NCBI GenBank assembly: GCA_051294905.1
Contig: CM119385.1
Location: 16,616,001 to 16,680,000, forward strand
DNA: 64,000 bases
Origin: Botryllus schlosseri
Lineage: Eukaryota
Direction of reading: 5' to 3'
Positions 59,660 to 64,000 of the stretch are shown here, one piece after another. Every line of letters starts with the position of its first letter. The first letter of the stretch is position 1. Under the pieces are notes generated by a model. It saw only the letters and a program-made list of their open reading frames with translations, was not told the origin of the DNA and searched no databases. A program made the translations under genes and the position numbers.

Positions 59660-62600
59660 CTGTAAAAAATGATATAGGAATCGTTACGGTATTGAATTTG
59701 TCGAAATCATATAATAGTGTATATGGCGAATTTACTCATAGTTATGAACGATACAGCGACAAAGTACCAGGTGTTGCGAGAAGAGCATAGGATATTTGAA
59801 TAGATCAGAGGCATTCTCAATCTATTTCCGGTAGCTTTAAATTTAGTTTTATGAGTACAAAAATTGTAGGTACTGTAAATGCTTTGACTGGGCCTGCGTC
59901 ATATATGCCCAATGCCCATGTGACTAATGGAACATCGAATTAAACGTATACGGCCGCTCGCCCAAACGAGTTGGCCATGCGAACTCCGAAACTGTAATTG
60001 TGTTGATCTTGATATAGGCCTACACAGTGGTGGCCCTACGAACGGGGGGCCCTGGGCGAGACTTACCGGGGGCACCCTATAAGTATCTAACCGTAACTTC
60101 TGACCCCCCTTTCGCATCTGTTATTATTATCTATATTTCACCACGGCTAGGTTTGGCCAGGTTCTGGATTCGGCCATGTCTATTATTGCACGTGTGCAGG
60201 GATAGACTACATCAAAATTCTACCTCATGCAAAGACGTGATGATTATCGGGATACGGGACTTTTCTAACAAATGCAGCGATTTGATGATGATTGACACAT
60301 CCGTACGGAATCTTATTCTTGCTTGGTACACGGATTTCCATGTATATTCGTTATTATCCCTGAAAAAAAGCGCATAATCCAAATAGGGGGAGGGGCCTTC
60401 GACCAGGGGGGCCCGGGCGACGCCCACCTCGCCCACCCCAAAAGCCACCACTGCCTACGTATTGTAGTATCAAGCACGCAAGTACTCCATATGTAGTTAT
60501 TAGACTCAGGTAATATATCTCGTGTTTCATTTTTGGGCGTCACAATGCATATTGTTACTGTTTGCTGTATTGGCTCTGCTTCTATAATACCGATGAATCG
60601 CGAGCTATGTAGTCCTCTGATTAGATTCCAGGTAATTACTGCTCCGATTCAAATTAGCGACCGACACAGCTATAGACTCCCCGAATGCGCCAAATGGAAC
60701 ACCCAGACCCAAACGCCAAATGGAACACCCAGCGGTGACGCAACAATGCTGTCTTCTTAGCTTCACTCTCGTTTTGTCGGACAGAATTGTTGCGTCACAA
60801 ATGCCAAACTTAATCGCAATGCAAAATTCGAGTCTGATTTTGGGGTTTCCAGGACCATGAGCAGAATAAAACTTATATTTTCGTAATCAGTAAAGCAGCA
60901 GCTTTTCATTAATACCCGTTTTATCAAATTCAGCGCTCGGCAAGCCGGTCAAAAATGGCTGTAAAGTTGCCTTTGGTCAAATGGAAAGTATGACGTAACC
61001 CAAATGCTGTGAGCCGTTCAATCTCGCTGCGTCCTCACCATATAGGACATTATGATTCCACACACGGCCGTGACCGAGACGCTTAGAAAATGACTCGGGG
61101 CTTCCCCACAAGACCAAGCCTTACTTACGAGGAGATAGTTATCCTGTGAATATACGGCGTCTATAGCTAACCGCGACATCGATTCGGCAAGTATTGTCAG
61201 CTCAGTTCAAAATGGAATGAAAGCGATGACCATGGTGTTTTTGTTGTATTTGTAATTCTTTAATAAGATTTTATTTCTTTTGTGGTAACTTTATGCCCGT
61301 GGTCCATGTTTAAACGTGGTTGTTGACTATTGAATGCATATTGAATGCATGCGGCCAGCGGCCTCTGCGAAATTTGAAAAGTGGCCCGGCCGCGACCCGT
61401 TTTGAGTTGGCGACCCCTAGCATATATAATGGCTTATTATTGGACTAATGCCAGAATTGCTCTTATGCCGAAATCTAATGATAAATAATATAATTATATA
61501 TTATGTACCCTTTCGGTTATGTTTATACCGACACCAATCGTATATATCAGGCTTTGCGTGAAAAGACTTTGACTGCTTTGCATCCTCGATGAAATAACGC
61601 CATTGACGTATAGCTATAATTCGGACTATAATGGTGTATGACACAGTTTGTGTTGTGTCCATTGTACATAGCTCAAATTATATAGCCTCAACGCTACCTG
61701 TTGTTTCAGGGCATTCATTTTCGCATCCATTCTCTTGTATTGTCTTCCCCCGCGCTTCAATTTTTCTTGATCTTCGTAGAATGTTTTCTTAAGCGCCAGA
61801 ACTTCGTCGATAAGTTGAAGATGTTGCGTTGTCAATTTGACATTCTTTTCACTCGTCTGATGCTCTCTGCTAACAGATTTATTCTTTTCTTTCTCGACGG
61901 TGGCGCCTCTCTTCTTCGTTTCGTCAAAGCTATATGGATTGGATAAATAAATAGAACTCACATACAAAGTCTTACTTTTCAAATATCCATTAGGTATATG
62001 GTAAATATTTCATAACAGCGATAATCCCGGAACGTGCTGAATTAAACCGGAGTTTTAATATATGCCGATAAAATATTAATGAGATGAAACCTCCAGAGCG
62101 AATAATGCTAATATCAATACGTCCTAGCTTATTGAGGTAGCCCAAGTGTAGGTCCTGGTACTTATTAAGTCATCTTGTAGCATTCAATAATAGCCTATCA
62201 AATATGTGCATATGCCTATATGTAAGGGTACAGTCATATAGATGGTGACATGAACACACCGCTGAAATCCAACCAAATCAGTACTGGTAGGAAAATGTCA
62301 CAGTATACACTATACAGTTTCACATACAGTCGAAACCATTTAATTCTGACACCCGAAAACCAGGGCAACTAACGGCTTTATTCTGGCCAAAATGCTCGGA
62401 AACGGAACAAAAGTAAATATTGCACATAAACTCCCGTTAATTCGGACAATTCTCCGCCTAATTCTGGATACAGATTCCTAATTTCTATCGTTACGTATGA
62501 CACAATAAACAGCATTTACTTCGTCCGTTTTAACACAAGATGCAATTGCATTATGAGTGATAACGGCGAAACGATGACATTCCGTACAGTAACAATCGAC

Positions 62601-63476
62601 AATGAACTCATATTGGGCCGTGCCAGCTTTGTAGTCGCTTTTACTTCAGTATAATTGCGTCTATCTCTTGTAGAACAGGCTGATACACAAAAAGTTTAAC
62701 AGAAAAAGTGAATTTGGTCACTAAACACAACGAAAACAAAAGTAAAGACGCTTGCTTGTTAGTTTTTCCATACATTATTTTCTTCCCGCTAAAAGCTTGC
62801 TTTAATTCACACGGTTTTCATATACTTTTATCAAGAGAAAATACCGTTTCAGCCCTTACTGCATATGGCTTAGTACTGTATTTGAAGAAAACTGTACTAT
62901 TTTTACCCTATACGTGTGTTTAACACAACAATATACAGTATTTGTTTAGTCGTTTGGTATCGAAATACTATACAATACCATACAACTAACCTGATGGTAT
63001 AGCTGCATCATGTTATGCTTTTATGTGATCAGTCCTGCAATTCATTTATTACGCAACAGTTAGTATTTTATTGCGGTGGTCTGCGTTTACGCAGGACCGT
63101 GAAACGAGCAATTGATTTTCCGCCCAAGTAAGCAGAAACAAAGTATCCGAATTAAGCGTAATTAAGCGTAATCGACTTTTACGCCATAAATTGCTTTGAG
63201 AGTTTATGACCACCTCGAAAATACCATTCAATGAAAGCAGGAATTAATGATTGCATTGCACGAAACGTTGCTTACCGCTTTCTCATTTGCCCCAACTGCT
63301 TCAAAAGTTTGATATTGCTATCTCGCAGATTTCGTTTCTGACACTCAGTATCGTTAAGACACTTTTGGAGTTCTCGCACTTCTTCCTCGTGTCTCTTTTT
63401 ATCTAAATCCCGCTCCTCTTCTTCGGCAGCGAGCTCTTCCGTTTTGCCTTCCAGCAACTGGTTGAGTTGGGAGCAC
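59414..63476 (-). CDS. Unidentified coiled-coil protein, last three exons (gene continues beyond the window)
   Basis: Exons 63276-63476, 61698-61929, 59414-59659 join in frame with GT-AG sites. E/K/Q/L-rich heptads and a P/S/R-rich tail. TAA at 59414; AATAAA at 59173-59178 (-). Confidence 0.8.
60025..60453. mobile_element. Longer copy of the 29761-30056 MITE family
   Basis: Same termini and internal sequence; TSD degraded. Confidence 0.8.
61698..61929 (-). CDS. Coiled-coil gene exon (FDETKKRG...NALKQQ)
   Basis: atag| acceptor; CAG|gtagcg donor. Confidence 0.8.
63276..63476 (-). CDS. Coiled-coil gene exon (QLLEGKTEELAAEEEERDLDKK)
   Basis: gtag| acceptor; CG|gtaagc donor. Confidence 0.8.
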
Positions 63477-64000
63477 CTACATTGAATACAGACAATATAT
63501 GAACAATGAGATCACACGCTTCAGCCTCCGATGAAAATTACATTAGCATGCTATTATTTCCATACTCGAGAAAGGGGCCCATAATAGTCAGTGGACAGCT
63601 ATGTAGCAGCTCTACACCACAGAGAAGGTAAAAGTAGTCATTCTTGGTACCCTACCCATGCACCGGTAAAAGCAGCGATTTCCGAACATACCAAAACTAA
63701 TTCAAGTAGAATCGAACAGATATGAGAAGCACTCGCGTATATGTATGTACTATTTGAAAAATTAGATTAGGACGCGACATTCCAAACTTTTGTGTGTCCC
63801 ACACTGACGCCAGTTTTCAATCGCCAAAGCGTCTTCCTGGCCGACGAAAAATAGCTAATAGGGGACCAGTTATCCATACCAACTCCTCCCGTGCAAATCC
63901 ATCCATATACTGTTTTCTACGTTGACTAAATATCAAAAGTAGAAAGTGAGCATGACTTCAAAAGCTGTTGAAACAGAAGTTGAATTATAGTCTGAAAACG

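Overview
AT-rich animal genomic DNA with short GT-AG introns (55-73 nt alongside kb-sized ones); a tunicate or other invertebrate deuterostome is plausible but unproven. Five protein-coding genes were reconstructed by hand. (1) A 22-exon ABCB1/P-glycoprotein-like transporter on the minus strand (28399 to at least 457; NBD2 exons lie off the left edge). It has a Walker B E->Q substitution in NBD1 and an apparent 1-bp frameshift. (2) An intronless DCAF15 (42371-44515, +). (3) A 6-exon RPL12 (-). (4) A 3-exon SPATA24 (-). (5) The last three exons of an unidentified coiled-coil gene (-). A tRNA-Gly(TCC) sits in an ABCB intron. Non-coding DNA is dense with hAT-type non-autonomous elements: 20 insertions have readable 8-bp target-site duplications (TSDs), including two three-level nests and a decayed Blackjack-type transposase. 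The most unusual items are a 30-bp perfect-palindrome insertion with its own TSD, a 38-46-bp palindromic insertion in a SINE, a MITE inserted exactly into the SPATA24 splice acceptor, and the degenerate ABCB NBD1. Everything was read by eye; no alignments or searches were run.
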